This document shows, piece by piece, positions 50,964 through 60,999 of a DNA stretch of 64,000 bases. The stretch spans positions 1 to 64,000 of the forward strand of contig CM000429.1 of NCBI GenBank assembly GCA_000165345.1. Direction: 5' to 3'. The notes under the pieces were generated by a model. That model was not told the origin of the DNA. It searched no databases and saw only the letters and a program-made list of their open reading frames with translations. Position numbers and translations under genes: made by a program. Position 1 is the first letter of the stretch, and each line of letters starts with the position of its first letter.

Positions 50964-52550
50964 ATGCACTACAGCTTCAATACAAGTGGAATGATGCAAC
51001 CTCAAATACACGTGATGCAGAATCATCAACAATTTAGCGGTATGCATCATCAAATGGGAGGGGGAGTTTGTTCTCAGCAGTTCTATCATGAAAATGGGAT
51101 TGGTAATAACAGAGGATATTCGGATAATCAAAGCTATCAGCAAGGAAACTTCCAGGCACAACAACATATGCCACAGTATTCAATGATGCAGTCGCAACAG
51201 CAACAACAACATCAGCATCAACATCAACATCAGCATCATCAACCAATGGGAGATAGGAATCTGGGTAGGGCAAGAGCTCAAACGAGGGGCCCATTTTCGA
51301 GAACAGCTGCAAGTAGGTCAACTACTCCTACCCCAATGAACAGAACAACAAATTTGAAATCAAGGGAATTTTTTCAAAATGATGAGATTGGAATGCTACG
51401 TAGATCTTCTGAATATTCAGAAGTTAGCAAGAATCCATCTTTATCTCAAATTGAAAATAGCAGCTTTAATGGCGAATATAATAATTATAGTAGCCACCAA
51501 GATATTCCCCAGACCCCAACAATTGGAGGTGGAAGATCAGAGCATGGATCAAAGCTTAATATTATGAATCCAGATCATATTATAGTTCAAAAATTGAATG
51601 CTCCTTTAGAACCAACTCCAACTCATGTCGCAAGAATGAATAAAATGAGGCTAATGGGATTATTAAATAATAACAACACTCCTATGACTCAAATGACACC
51701 AACATCTTCAGGAAATAACAATTTTGGAATGAGAGATTTCCATGCAATCTCACGTCAATCATCTTTTCCACCTCATTACCAAGAAAAGTACCCCCCAAAG
51801 TCAACAAGTAATTCTAATAATACAGCAGCTGCATTTAAAGATAGCTCACCGAAAGTACTCGGATCATACGTTTCAAGACAATTAGAAGAAGAAGTAACAA
51901 GGTTAAGATATTTGGTAGACTCTCAGACGAAGAGGATATCAGCATTGGAAATGAGAAATAAGGAACTTGAGAACGAGTTGATATCGACCAGGAATTATCA
52001 ACAAATGTACCAAAATTTGTTAGAAAAAACTAATTTAGGAAATCATGATGAAGATGAAAATGAATTGGAAAATAATGAGGGACAAATAAATAATGAGGAT
52101 TATAATGAGAGAGATCATGATGAAGCAGAAGAAAATGTTGTTCAAAAGCAAAAAACTATGGCAAGCGAAATCAAATACGTCAGACAATCAAGCGAAAAGG
52201 GAGCTTCAATGTTTTCAAACATTCATCAATTTTCGGCAGAATCTGCACTAAGAAAGGCAGGAGTACCCCCTGGTAAACCTTCATACGTTTATAGGCCACC
52301 AAACAACCCTGAAATGATTGATGTAAAACTTGCAGAATTTCATAATTCGCGTAGCTCACTAATTAGATGGTCAAAAGTTAGTAGCACAATATATCTATTT
52401 GGTACAACTCAGGTTCAACTAAGAATTTCAAGAGGAAATCTTCTTGCAAAGCCAGAATCATCTGAATGGGGTAATGGGAATTTTTGGCCAATTGAAAAGT
52501 TTGTTTCTGTTTTTGAGCCAATTGAAAGAGCAAAGATGCCAAATAATTGA
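50964..52550 (+). CDS. Hypothetical 528-aa protein with a Gln/His-rich N-terminus ((QH)n run), coiled coil and a compact C-terminal domain
   Basis: Contains QQQQQHQHQHQHQHHQ, a coiled coil (LEEEVTRLRYLVDSQTKRISALEMRNKELENELISTRN) and the C-terminal ...LIRWSKVSSTIYLFGTTQVQLRISRGNLLAK. Confidence 0.5.
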   Translation: MHYSFNTSGMMQPQIHVMQNHQQFSGMHHQMGGGVCSQQFYHENGIGNNRGYSDNQSYQQGNFQAQQHMPQYSMMQSQQQQQHQHQHQHQHHQPMGDRNLGRARAQTRGPFSRTAASRSTTPTPMNRTTNLKSREFFQNDEIGMLRRSSEYSEVSKNPSLSQIENSSFNGEYNNYSSHQDIPQTPTIGGGRSEHGSKLNIMNPDHIIVQKLNAPLEPTPTHVARMNKMRLMGLLNNNNTPMTQMTPTSSGNNNFGMRDFHAISRQSSFPPHYQEKYPPKSTSNSNNTAAAFKDSSPKVLGSYVSRQLEEEVTRLRYLVDSQTKRISALEMRNKELENELISTRNYQQMYQNLLEKTNLGNHDEDENELENNEGQINNEDYNERDHDEAEENVVQKQKTMASEIKYVRQSSEKGASMFSNIHQFSAESALRKAGVPPGKPSYVYRPPNNPEMIDVKLAEFHNSRSSLIRWSKVSSTIYLFGTTQVQLRISRGNLLAKPESSEWGNGNFWPIEKFVSVFEPIERAKMPNN

Positions 52551-52815
52551 TTTACAAACTCAAAAGCAACAAATATTAAATTTAATGAGTAATATCATTA
52601 TAGAAATATTATAACTAATAAAAACGGTATTTATTGTTAGATGAAAAGTTATTTTTAATTTAATTTGATTTATTCGATTTACAATTTTTAATAATTCAAG
52701 GCATGCATTAACAATAAACTTTACCGCCGAACTTTTAAATAACTTGAACATTAGAATAGCAATAATAAAATGTTAAGTTATATACATCAAACTTTTGATA
52801 TTGAGCAATCCAAAT

Positions 52816-54498
52816 ATGTTTTCTACTGCAGTAAAGCTAGCAAACTTAGATGATTATCTAGAATCTTCTCAAGATTGTATAGTTTCACTTTTATCGGATA
52901 AAGATGATACAAAGCCAAAAATTGCAGTGATGAGACCTGCAAAAGCCCAAGGTAATAAAGATGATAAAAAATCAGGAACTAGTGATAAGGCAACAGTAAA
53001 TGTGGCAGATTGTCTTGCTTGTAGCGGATGTGTAACTTCCGCGGAAGCTAAGCTATTAGAGGACCAAAATGTCTCAGAATTTATGAATATACTTAAGCAG
53101 AAAAGGCTAACTGTGGTATCTATTTCGAACCAATCATGCTCTTCTTTTGCCTGCCATCTAAATTGTGATCTAATAACAATTCAGAGAAAATTGTCGGGGT
53201 TATTTAAACATATTGGAGCTAGGTTTGTAATGAATTCAACAATTTCCGAGTATATTTCCTTATTAGAAACAAAGTACGAGTTTATTTCAAGATATAAGGC
53301 AAAATCTGATCTACCAATGATTATTTCACACTGTCCAGGATGGATTTGCTATTCTGAAAAGAGTTTAAATAGTTCTGTATTACCTTTATTGAGTAAAGTT
53401 AGATCAGCACAACAATTACAAGGAATTTTGATCAAGACTTTGACTCTTGAAATATATAATCAATTATTATTTCTGTATAAATTTAGATTAAGCAATTCTT
53501 ATAGAACAAATATGAATGTTAAATCAACCTTTACACAAAACGATAACTTTGTTGAACAAAGTGATATTTTTCATGTTGCTATTATGCCTTGTCATGACAA
53601 AAAATTGGAATCAACCAGAAGTTCTCTTTCTTTGAAGTCATCTGATAAAAATTCTAGTTGTCCTGAAGTTGACATAGTATTAGCAACATCGGAAGTTGGT
53701 GAAATAATAAAATTAGCAGGGTTTAATTCGCTATTGGACGTTCCAGAAGCTCCACTAGATAATTTGTGGCTTAACCAGAATTTTCAAATTACTAAAAAGC
53801 ATAATCTATCTCTTTTAATTACTGAAAATTATGTAAGCAATCAAATTCTGAATCAGTTTTCTTGGTTGATTCCTTCATATTTTAACTCAAACTCAGGCGG
53901 ATTCTGTGAATATATTATAAGAAGTGCAATCAAAGAACTTGCTGGAGATCATATTGATAATAAAGTTCAACTCCCATTTAATAAGTTAAAAAATGATATC
54001 TTAGAAGCCAAATATATTAAAAACAATGTTGAGCTGAATTATTGCCTTGCTTACGGATTTAGGGCAATCCAATCTATCTCTCGTAAGCTTAATTTGCAAA
54101 AGAACGCAAGCCAAAATACTCAGTATAAACAAAGCGTTGTAAATCATGTAAATTATCACTTAATTGAGGCTATGGCATGCCCAACAGGATGCGTTTCTGG
54201 CGGAGGCCAGATACTTTCACAAAACGATCAAAATGATGATAACTCTGATTTAAATAAGCTAAGAAAAAATATAAAGTTTATTGATGAGGTTCAGGAAGCT
54301 TTGTATAAAGGTATTAATTTAAATAAAAATCAAGAAGTTATACTGCCAGATGAAATTCCAATTGTGAATATTTTGTATGAATATCTAATTCATATAGACA
54401 AACAAATTGATAGAAGTTCTGGCTTAAAACTCCCTTTTCTTAGGAATGATTTCGTATCCATTAATGAAGTACCAACTGCATCTTCGTTGAAATGGTAG
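52816..54498 (+). CDS. NAR1: Cytosolic Fe-S cluster assembly factor Nar1/NARFL (iron-only-hydrogenase-like protein)
   Basis: The track ORF starts at TTG 52795; the first ATG is at 52816 (MFSTAVKLANLDDYLE). Conserved Cys motifs are CLACSGC, SHCPGWICYSEK, MPCHDKKLE and ACPTGCVSGGGQ. Confidence 0.8.
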   Translation: MFSTAVKLANLDDYLESSQDCIVSLLSDKDDTKPKIAVMRPAKAQGNKDDKKSGTSDKATVNVADCLACSGCVTSAEAKLLEDQNVSEFMNILKQKRLTVVSISNQSCSSFACHLNCDLITIQRKLSGLFKHIGARFVMNSTISEYISLLETKYEFISRYKAKSDLPMIISHCPGWICYSEKSLNSSVLPLLSKVRSAQQLQGILIKTLTLEIYNQLLFLYKFRLSNSYRTNMNVKSTFTQNDNFVEQSDIFHVAIMPCHDKKLESTRSSLSLKSSDKNSSCPEVDIVLATSEVGEIIKLAGFNSLLDVPEAPLDNLWLNQNFQITKKHNLSLLITENYVSNQILNQFSWLIPSYFNSNSGGFCEYIIRSAIKELAGDHIDNKVQLPFNKLKNDILEAKYIKNNVELNYCLAYGFRAIQSISRKLNLQKNASQNTQYKQSVVNHVNYHLIEAMACPTGCVSGGGQILSQNDQNDDNSDLNKLRKNIKFIDEVQEALYKGINLNKNQEVILPDEIPIVNILYEYLIHIDKQIDRSSGLKLPFLRNDFVSINEVPTASSLKW

Positions 54499-54521
54499 AT
54501 AGTAACATTTCGAATTGTTTC

Positions 54522-54540
54522 TGGCGCCAACATGTAATTT
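54522..54540. promoter_or_regulatory. Composite element TGGCGCCAACATGTAATTT ~190 bp upstream of ARL2
   Basis: 18/19 identity to 27914-27932. It sits between the Nar1 stop and the ARL2 start. Confidence 0.4.
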
Positions 54541-54727
54541 GGACCGGTAATATTGGCTATATTTGACAATGTAAATCATAATGTGGGGTACAGTATTGTT
54601 TAATTTCATCCTACGTTTTGAGATTACTAAATAAAAAAAATATTTTATATTTTCTAAAATTGTTCATTAAGATATTTATTTTTTTCAATTCTTTTGCTAT
54701 ATTCTTGTTTATACTTATGATTTAAAA

Positions 54728-55331
54728 ATGACTCTATTGCAAGTTATTAGAAAAACAAAAATGAAAGAGAAAGAAATGAGAATTTTAGTGCTTGGTTTAG
54801 ACAATGCAGGTAAAACAACTGTTGTTAGGAAGTTTGCTGGCGAAGATATTTCTACAATTCAGCCAACACTAGGTTTTAATATCAAAACACTATTACATGG
54901 TAAATACAGATTAAATACTTGGGATATTGGCGGCCAAAAAACAATAAGAAGTTATTGGAGAAACTATTTTGAAAGCACAGATGGGATAATTTGGGTTGTT
55001 GATTCAACTAATATAGAAAGGATGGACTCTTGCAGCGAGGAATTGCACTGCCTTCTTTCCGAGGAAAGGCTTTCTGGAGCGTCCTTATTGGTTTTTGCAA
55101 ATAAACAAGATTTATCTAATGCATTAAAGCCAGAAGAAGTAGCGCATGTAAGTTTTTTTGATAAAATTAAGTTAATTAAATAAATTTTGTTAGGCTCTTG
55201 GTTTGTCAAATATTAATAACAGACATTGGAGAATTCAGTCATGCTGCGGACTCGACGGGAAAGGCCTTAATGAGGGAATAGATTGGATTGTTAATGATAT
55301 TGCAACAAAAGTATTCTTATTAGTTAATTAG
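54728..55331 (+). CDS. ARL2: ADP-ribosylation factor-like GTPase ARL2; 2 exons (54728-55147, 55194-55331) with a 46-nt GTAAGT...AG intron
   Basis: The N-terminus [31 protein letters not shown]...[29 protein letters not shown]...[10 protein letters not shown] is near-colinear with ARL2. After the intron the frame continues [36 protein letters not shown], which matches the ARL2 C-terminus. Confidence 0.85.
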
Positions 55332-55432
55332 CCCAATTGGTACTATATATTAAATAACTACAAAATAAACAATATAAAATTTATAGATGATCAAACTACG
55401 ACGAGTATTCCAATCTAAATAATAATATACAC

Positions 55433-55916
55433 TTAATCACTATTTGTTTCAGACATTCTCATGTAAATTTTTAATTTTTTATTGCATTGGTTAGAATTCC
55501 ACTGATAAGGATTCAACTTTATATCTTTAGCCATTAAATCGGTATTTTCTTTATATTTATTATATAGCCTTTTCATGATCATTTCCTCTCTTTCTCCAAG
55601 TTTCTCCGGAATTGAGTTATTTTCAAAAACAGGAGGTAAAGTACTCAAAATAACTTCTGGACTTAAGGACTACAAGTTATGAACAAAAAAAAAAATAATT
55701 TAAAAAAATTAATTGCGTATCAAGAATGTCCAGGTTTCAATCCTATAGATAAAAACTTACTTGAAAATTCTGGTTAATGGTCTTTTTATTGTCCCATACA
55801 GAACGCAAATTCTTATCTCTTATTTGCTTCTCTAAATCTACATATTTGTGTTTATTGCTTTTAGTCCTTCTACTCACTTTCTTAAGTGTTCTCCTTCTAC
55901 TTAGTTTAATTGCCAT
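55433..55916 (-). CDS. Small basic hypothetical protein (~126 aa), 2 exons (55916-55761, 55669-55433) with a 91-nt GTAAGT...TAG intron
   Basis: Exon 1 is MAIKLSRRRTLKKVSRRTKSNKHKYVDLEKQIRDKNLRSVWDNKKTINQNFQ|gtaagt. Exon 2 (open frame without ATG) is SLSPEVILSTLPPVFENN...KKLKIYMRMSETNSD. Both track ORFs start on TTG codons; the first ATG is at 55916. Confidence 0.45.
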
Positions 55917-56166
55917 TATGTTAATTACCAACCACAGCCTTTCTAATTTTAATAATGTATGTTACATTCACTTTCCATTTTGACAATTACCTTTGAAGGC
56001 GCCAATTTTAGGTACAGTTAAAATCGTGATAGAAAAGGCGCTAAATCATGTAGATTTAACAAAATTCCACACATTGTATTGTTTATAATTAAGATTTAAA
56101 GAAAAAAAGAGGATTGAACATAAAGAAATAACAAGTATACATATAAATACTCTTGGAATACACTCT

Positions 56167-56664
56167 ATGTACGGATTTATTAAGTTTTTTGTTGGGTTTT
56201 GCATTCCAGCATACCATTCCATTTTTGCTTTAAAAACTCAAAATCATCATTTAATTAAAATATGGCTAGTATATTTTTTTACAGTTGTCTTTTATGAGCT
56301 GATTTTATCATTCATTTTGGACCCTATCTTTAAAGTTATTGATTCCAGGCTTCTATACTTTAAGACTTTATTTGTTGTATTATATATCTTCCCTGAAACA
56401 GGATTTCAAGAATCATATTTCAGTTTTTTTAGTAATTATTTAAGTAAATTATTCATTCAAGTATTTGAGTACATTAAAAAAATATCATTACCAAAGACAG
56501 ATCTTTCTGAAGAAACTTCAGCCTCAAGTTCACCAGCCCCATCAATACCTGAAGAAGGAGATATTAAAGGTATAACATGCTTGAAAGAATCCATTTCAGA
56601 GGGTACAACTCTTGCTCCAAATACTCCACTTGGAAAGCTAACTACAGATTTTATTCTTTCATAG
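56167..56664 (+). CDS. REEP/Yop1/HVA22 (TB2/DP1) family ER-shaping membrane protein
   Basis: GFCIPAYHSIFALKTQNHHLIKIWLVYFFTVVFYELILSFILDPIFKV...FKTLFVVLYIFPETGFQESY matches the family consensus L.G.LYPAY.S.KA......W..YW.VF......E....W.PFY...K..F..WL..P.T.G. Confidence 0.7.
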   Translation: MYGFIKFFVGFCIPAYHSIFALKTQNHHLIKIWLVYFFTVVFYELILSFILDPIFKVIDSRLLYFKTLFVVLYIFPETGFQESYFSFFSNYLSKLFIQVFEYIKKISLPKTDLSEETSASSSPAPSIPEEGDIKGITCLKESISEGTTLAPNTPLGKLTTDFILS

Positions 56665-56679
56665 ATACAAATTTAATTA

Positions 56680-57960
56680 TTATAAACTATAGTATGATAA
56701 AATAAATACTAATATTAAAATAAAAGTTAATCCAAAAATGGCTTTGATTAACATTAATGATTTATTATCAATCATTTTTTTTGATGAGAATTTTGAATTA
56801 AAAACATATCTTTTTTGAGAAAATATTATAGCTTTTTTTAGTGTATTTTTGAAATGACAATTGGATAACGAATCTATCAAATCCAAATCATTATATCTTT
56901 TTAATGTATGATATAATAACGAACAGTTCAAGTATTTTGAAGCCCCTTCATTTAAAACTTGTTTTATAGGCTCTTTGATGTTTTTATGGTTTAGGATTAA
57001 GTTTCCAATATTCAAAGAAAAAAGTTTTTCAATATTTGGGAAAAAGAACTCATTAACATATACATTTTTTATATCTGTTTTTCCGGGCTTGTATTTTAGC
57101 TGGGGAGTGGACTTCAGTTGAAATACTGAATATTTCCCAATCAAACTAGCTATGGGCATTAACTTATTTCTATTCAAGTTTTTAAAATCTGCCAAACTAA
57201 AGTGTGTGAACCTATCAATTGAAGCAACTCCTATTTCAACTTTATAATGCTTACTATAGGAGCTTTCGCCCAAACTGGAACATCCGATTGCATAAACATC
57301 TTCAAAATCTAAGTGGTTATGAAGTGTTGAAGCCTGGCAAGTTTCTGATATTATGAACATCTTTTTAAATCTTTTGTGCGCTTTCATTTCTTTGATTGCA
57401 TTAGCAAGTTCAAAAGATGTCATTTCTTCAAAATCTTGAAATTTGAGAAATCCATCTCCTCCATGCCCTGTTAGAAATATAAATATATTTGAATCTTCAT
57501 CTGAAAGAAGTCTTTTTTTATTTGGAACACTGTCATCGTGCTTATTTGTTAATACTTTGATGAAATTTGAAACAGTAACTTCATCTTCCCTGTAGTCTAC
57601 GTCTGCACATTCCATAGTTTGTGTATGATTGTTTAAGTTGTAGAAAAAATCAAAGTCTTCGCTGTACACTCCACCAGGAATTGAATTTCTAGTATTACAA
57701 GGAATATTTTCTGCCAACATTAAAATAATTCTGTCATCTCTAAAGCCATTTTGCCTCAGATAATTATAAAAACTTAGTGCATTTGTGTTATGTCTATAAT
57801 TATACCAGTATCTAGATGTTGACACAATAACTGCCCAATTGTTTTGGCTTTTTAGTTGAAGAAAAGAATATTCAAATGTTTTAGTTCTTGTGAGAAGTCC
57901 TTGAAAAAGGATTTCTAAAGAATAGAATAACAAAATAGTAAAAGCTGAAAAGATCTTCAT
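56680..57960 (-). CDS. GPI8: GPI-anchor transamidase catalytic subunit GPI8/PIG-K (peptidase C13)
   Basis: NWAVIVSTSRYWYNYRHNTNALSFYNYLRQNGFRDDRIILMLAENIPCNTRN, IFIFLTGHGGDGFLKFQD and the catalytic-Cys context IISETCQAST match GPI8. There is an N-terminal signal/anchor and a C-terminal TM. Confidence 0.8.
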   Translation of the reverse strand: MKIFSAFTILLFYSLEILFQGLLTRTKTFEYSFLQLKSQNNWAVIVSTSRYWYNYRHNTNALSFYNYLRQNGFRDDRIILMLAENIPCNTRNSIPGGVYSEDFDFFYNLNNHTQTMECADVDYREDEVTVSNFIKVLTNKHDDSVPNKKRLLSDEDSNIFIFLTGHGGDGFLKFQDFEEMTSFELANAIKEMKAHKRFKKMFIISETCQASTLHNHLDFEDVYAIGCSSLGESSYSKHYKVEIGVASIDRFTHFSLADFKNLNRNKLMPIASLIGKYSVFQLKSTPQLKYKPGKTDIKNVYVNEFFFPNIEKLFSLNIGNLILNHKNIKEPIKQVLNEGASKYLNCSLLYHTLKRYNDLDLIDSLSNCHFKNTLKKAIIFSQKRYVFNSKFSSKKMIDNKSLMLIKAIFGLTFILILVFILSYYSL

Positions 57961-58212
57961 CTTATAGTTTTCAAATCTTCATGTTTGATTATGACAGTAT
58001 TATTACTGTGTCATTGTAAAAATTAATTATTCAATTTTAGTACATTTTATTGCACATTCTTAATAAGTGGGGAGATTTACCGCAAAAAGTTATTAGTTAA
58101 GAAAAAATACTTCTAGTAAAGAAATGTAGAGATATTATTTTTAAAAAAGTGGTTTATATATATTTTTTAATTAGAATAGAGGGTGTCAAGTTCATCTTTA
58201 CTTTTCGATAGA

Positions 58213-59604
58213 ATGAAGCCTATTAAGAGAGTTGCAGTTACTCATCTTGAGTGTGGTATAGGAGGCGCAGAACAACTAATGGTATTAGCATCTCTAGCAT
58301 TACAGAGCTACAAATCTTCAAATGAGAAAATCGAGCTGACCTTGTTCACTTCTTACCATGATAAGTCTCACTCATTTTCTGCCACAAATGATGGCAGGAT
58401 CAAAGTAAAAGTTTATGGAAATTGGATTCCAAGAACATTTTTTGGTTACGGTACAACATTATTTTCCTATATTAGAATTATTTATACTTCTCTTATAATG
58501 TTTTTTTTCGTAATGATGACATCATTTTCACTTGAGAAAACAAGTAGATACTACGATGTGATTTTGAATGATCAAGTTAGTGTAATCAATCCTATTTTGA
58601 AATTGATGACTAGAAGACTAATATTTTATTGTCATTTTCCTGATCAGTTGTTGGTTAGAAAAAGAGATGGTTCTCTTAGAAAAATGTATAGATATGTCAT
58701 GGACTTTTTAGAGGAATTTGGCATGAGATATTGCGATTATGTATTTGTAAATTCAATTTTTACCAGAAAGGTTTATATAGAAACATTCAAAGGATTGATT
58801 TCTAATGCAAATAAATATCCTCTTACTTTAAGCTATCCTGAGGTACTTTATCCACCAGTAAATCTGGAGGATATCCCCTCAGAAGAAGAATGTGAAAACT
58901 GTTTTTCAAATTCAAAAATACCTCAGCAGCTGAACAGAGCACCAAATGTACCATTTTTCTTATCATTAAATAGATATGAAAGGAAAAAAAATATTGAACT
59001 TGCTATTAAGTCATTCGCAATATTACGTGACCAATACAAGCCAGGAGAGAAATTGTGTCTTGTTATTTCTGGAGGCTATGACAAAAGAGTTTCAGAGAAT
59101 ATCGAGTATTTTGAAGAACTTCTCAGGCTTGCTAATTCTTATGCTTTTAATGTTTATATTGGAAATGAATGTATTGAATCAACTGATTCTTGTTTCTCCG
59201 TTGTCTTTTTAAGGAGTATTTCTGACTCACTTCGTTGGTCTTTACTAAGAAAATCAATTGGACTTCTTTACACTCCTGAAAATGAACATTTTGGTATGGT
59301 TCCATGCGAAGCAATGTCTGTGGGGACTTGTGTGATTGCCTGCAACTCTGGCGGGCCAACTGAAACAATAGTGCATGGAAAAACTGGTTTTCTTTGCGAA
59401 CCAAATCCAGAAAATTTTGCGATTAGAATGAATGAGCTCATTAAAATTAGTAGAGACAGTATAGAGAGCTCAGTTTGGAGTAGTTCGTGTAAAGAAAGAG
59501 TAACTGCATTATTTAGTCAGAGCATTTTCCAGAAAAGGCTCTGTGAAGTAGCTTATTCAAATGAGACTAAATCAAAAGTATTCAAGAAGATAAAACATTT
59601 ATAA
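58213..59604 (+). CDS. ALG2: Alpha-1,3/1,6-mannosyltransferase ALG2 (GT4 family)
   Basis: The track ORF begins at GTG 58183; the first ATG is at 58213 (MKPIKRVAVTHLECGIGGAEQLMVLASLALQ, compare ALG2 [21 protein letters not shown]). The GT4 C-terminal block is EHFGMVPCEAMSVGTCVIACNSGGPTETIVHGKTGFLC. Confidence 0.75.
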   Translation: MKPIKRVAVTHLECGIGGAEQLMVLASLALQSYKSSNEKIELTLFTSYHDKSHSFSATNDGRIKVKVYGNWIPRTFFGYGTTLFSYIRIIYTSLIMFFFVMMTSFSLEKTSRYYDVILNDQVSVINPILKLMTRRLIFYCHFPDQLLVRKRDGSLRKMYRYVMDFLEEFGMRYCDYVFVNSIFTRKVYIETFKGLISNANKYPLTLSYPEVLYPPVNLEDIPSEEECENCFSNSKIPQQLNRAPNVPFFLSLNRYERKKNIELAIKSFAILRDQYKPGEKLCLVISGGYDKRVSENIEYFEELLRLANSYAFNVYIGNECIESTDSCFSVVFLRSISDSLRWSLLRKSIGLLYTPENEHFGMVPCEAMSVGTCVIACNSGGPTETIVHGKTGFLCEPNPENFAIRMNELIKISRDSIESSVWSSSCKERVTALFSQSIFQKRLCEVAYSNETKSKVFKKIKHL

Positions 59605-59662
59605 CATGAGAAAATAAATTATACAGTTTTAAAAATATAATATAAGCATTTGTACTTCGAAG

Positions 59663-60727
59663 TTAACTGTTTAGTATTTTCTCTATTAAAACTATATATG
59701 AGGAGATGAAAGAGCTGGAATTAGGCATAACCTCACATATAGACCTCTTTTGTACCTTATTTAGAGTAATTCTAATTTTTTTATATATAAGTTTTTTTAT
59801 ATTACTGTTAAATTTAGTGGAGCTCAATGAAAATAGGCATTTTCCTACAACTTTACATATTGTTATCAGTGTATCATCTTCTATATTTATTCTGATTTTA
59901 GAATTATTTGGAGAAATATCTCTGGTTTCGAAATTTATGGAAAAAAGATCAATGGGAATTAGCTCTTGATTTGAAAGAGAACTGCAAAGCCCCAACATGA
60001 TCCAAATAAAAGTTATAGTTCCATTAAAATTCAATTGATGAATGAGCGAAATACAGATTTGCACAAGAGTTGTTTGATCTTTGTGGCTTGTGGGGAAATT
60101 GGAATAACTATCACCATCAAACTTTTCAATGAAATCAACAAACCTATGTTTCCTCTCTGCTTTAGTTTGTTTGAATAGTTTTAATTTATTAGTACCTAAT
60201 ATAACCGATGAGTTTAAATCATCCTCGTGCAAACATAAATTACAAGAACTTGATCTCAACAAGTCAATATTCCTACTACATATCCTTAGTAAAATGTGTT
60301 CAATTCCATCATAATCTGGTCTTAAAGCTTTATGATCCGAGTCGTTTGTGTCAAAATGGCATTTTGGAATTGATGATAATGTACAGAAAGCTCTGGTTAG
60401 ATAAATCCAAGTAAGAATAGCTATAATCGGAGATAAGACATCTTCTATAACACGTCTATTCCCTGTAAGTAATCTGTCTATTAACAAAAGTCTTTTATCG
60501 CATTTATCACCTTTACAAAGTATTAATGCTTGAGCAAGCGTGAAGATAAATTTATTGGATTTCTCTTCATCAGAAATCAAAGAAGTTATAATTTTCAAAA
60601 AATCTGTCCCATCTAAGTCTAGCAATTCCTTGGAAAACTCCAAGCACATCTTCCTTTTATTGTCTATTGTTCCATTTGAACGATTTGCATAAACGCCTTC
60701 AATTAATCCCAAAATTGCCGTACTCAT
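59663..60727 (-). CDS. Hypothetical 354-aa protein
   Basis: ATG-initiated ORF with no recognisable motifs. A GGCGCC site lies ~155 bp upstream. Confidence 0.45.
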   Translation of the reverse strand: MSTAILGLIEGVYANRSNGTIDNKRKMCLEFSKELLDLDGTDFLKIITSLISDEEKSNKFIFTLAQALILCKGDKCDKRLLLIDRLLTGNRRVIEDVLSPIIAILTWIYLTRAFCTLSSIPKCHFDTNDSDHKALRPDYDGIEHILLRICSRNIDLLRSSSCNLCLHEDDLNSSVILGTNKLKLFKQTKAERKHRFVDFIEKFDGDSYSNFPTSHKDQTTLVQICISLIHQLNFNGTITFIWIMLGLCSSLSNQELIPIDLFSINFETRDISPNNSKIRINIEDDTLITICKVVGKCLFSLSSTKFNSNIKKLIYKKIRITLNKVQKRSICEVMPNSSSFISSYIVLIEKILNS

Positions 60728-60999
60728 TTAAACAACGAGATATCAATTTAATTGGGGATCATTTGATATAATGCTCAATTATTGGATACCTTTTATCTTA
60801 AAAAGTCAAAGATGTAGCATAACGGTGCAAACAGCACCTTTAAAGAAACGAGAACTTTCAATAAAATAAAAAAAAAAGATATGGCGCCACCCCACTGATT
60901 ATTTTTAGAAGATAGTATATTGGCAGAAAAAAACTAAGTTATTTAAAAATCTGCAATTAATAAAAAAAACATTGCATTTCTAAGTATCTAATTAGCTAT

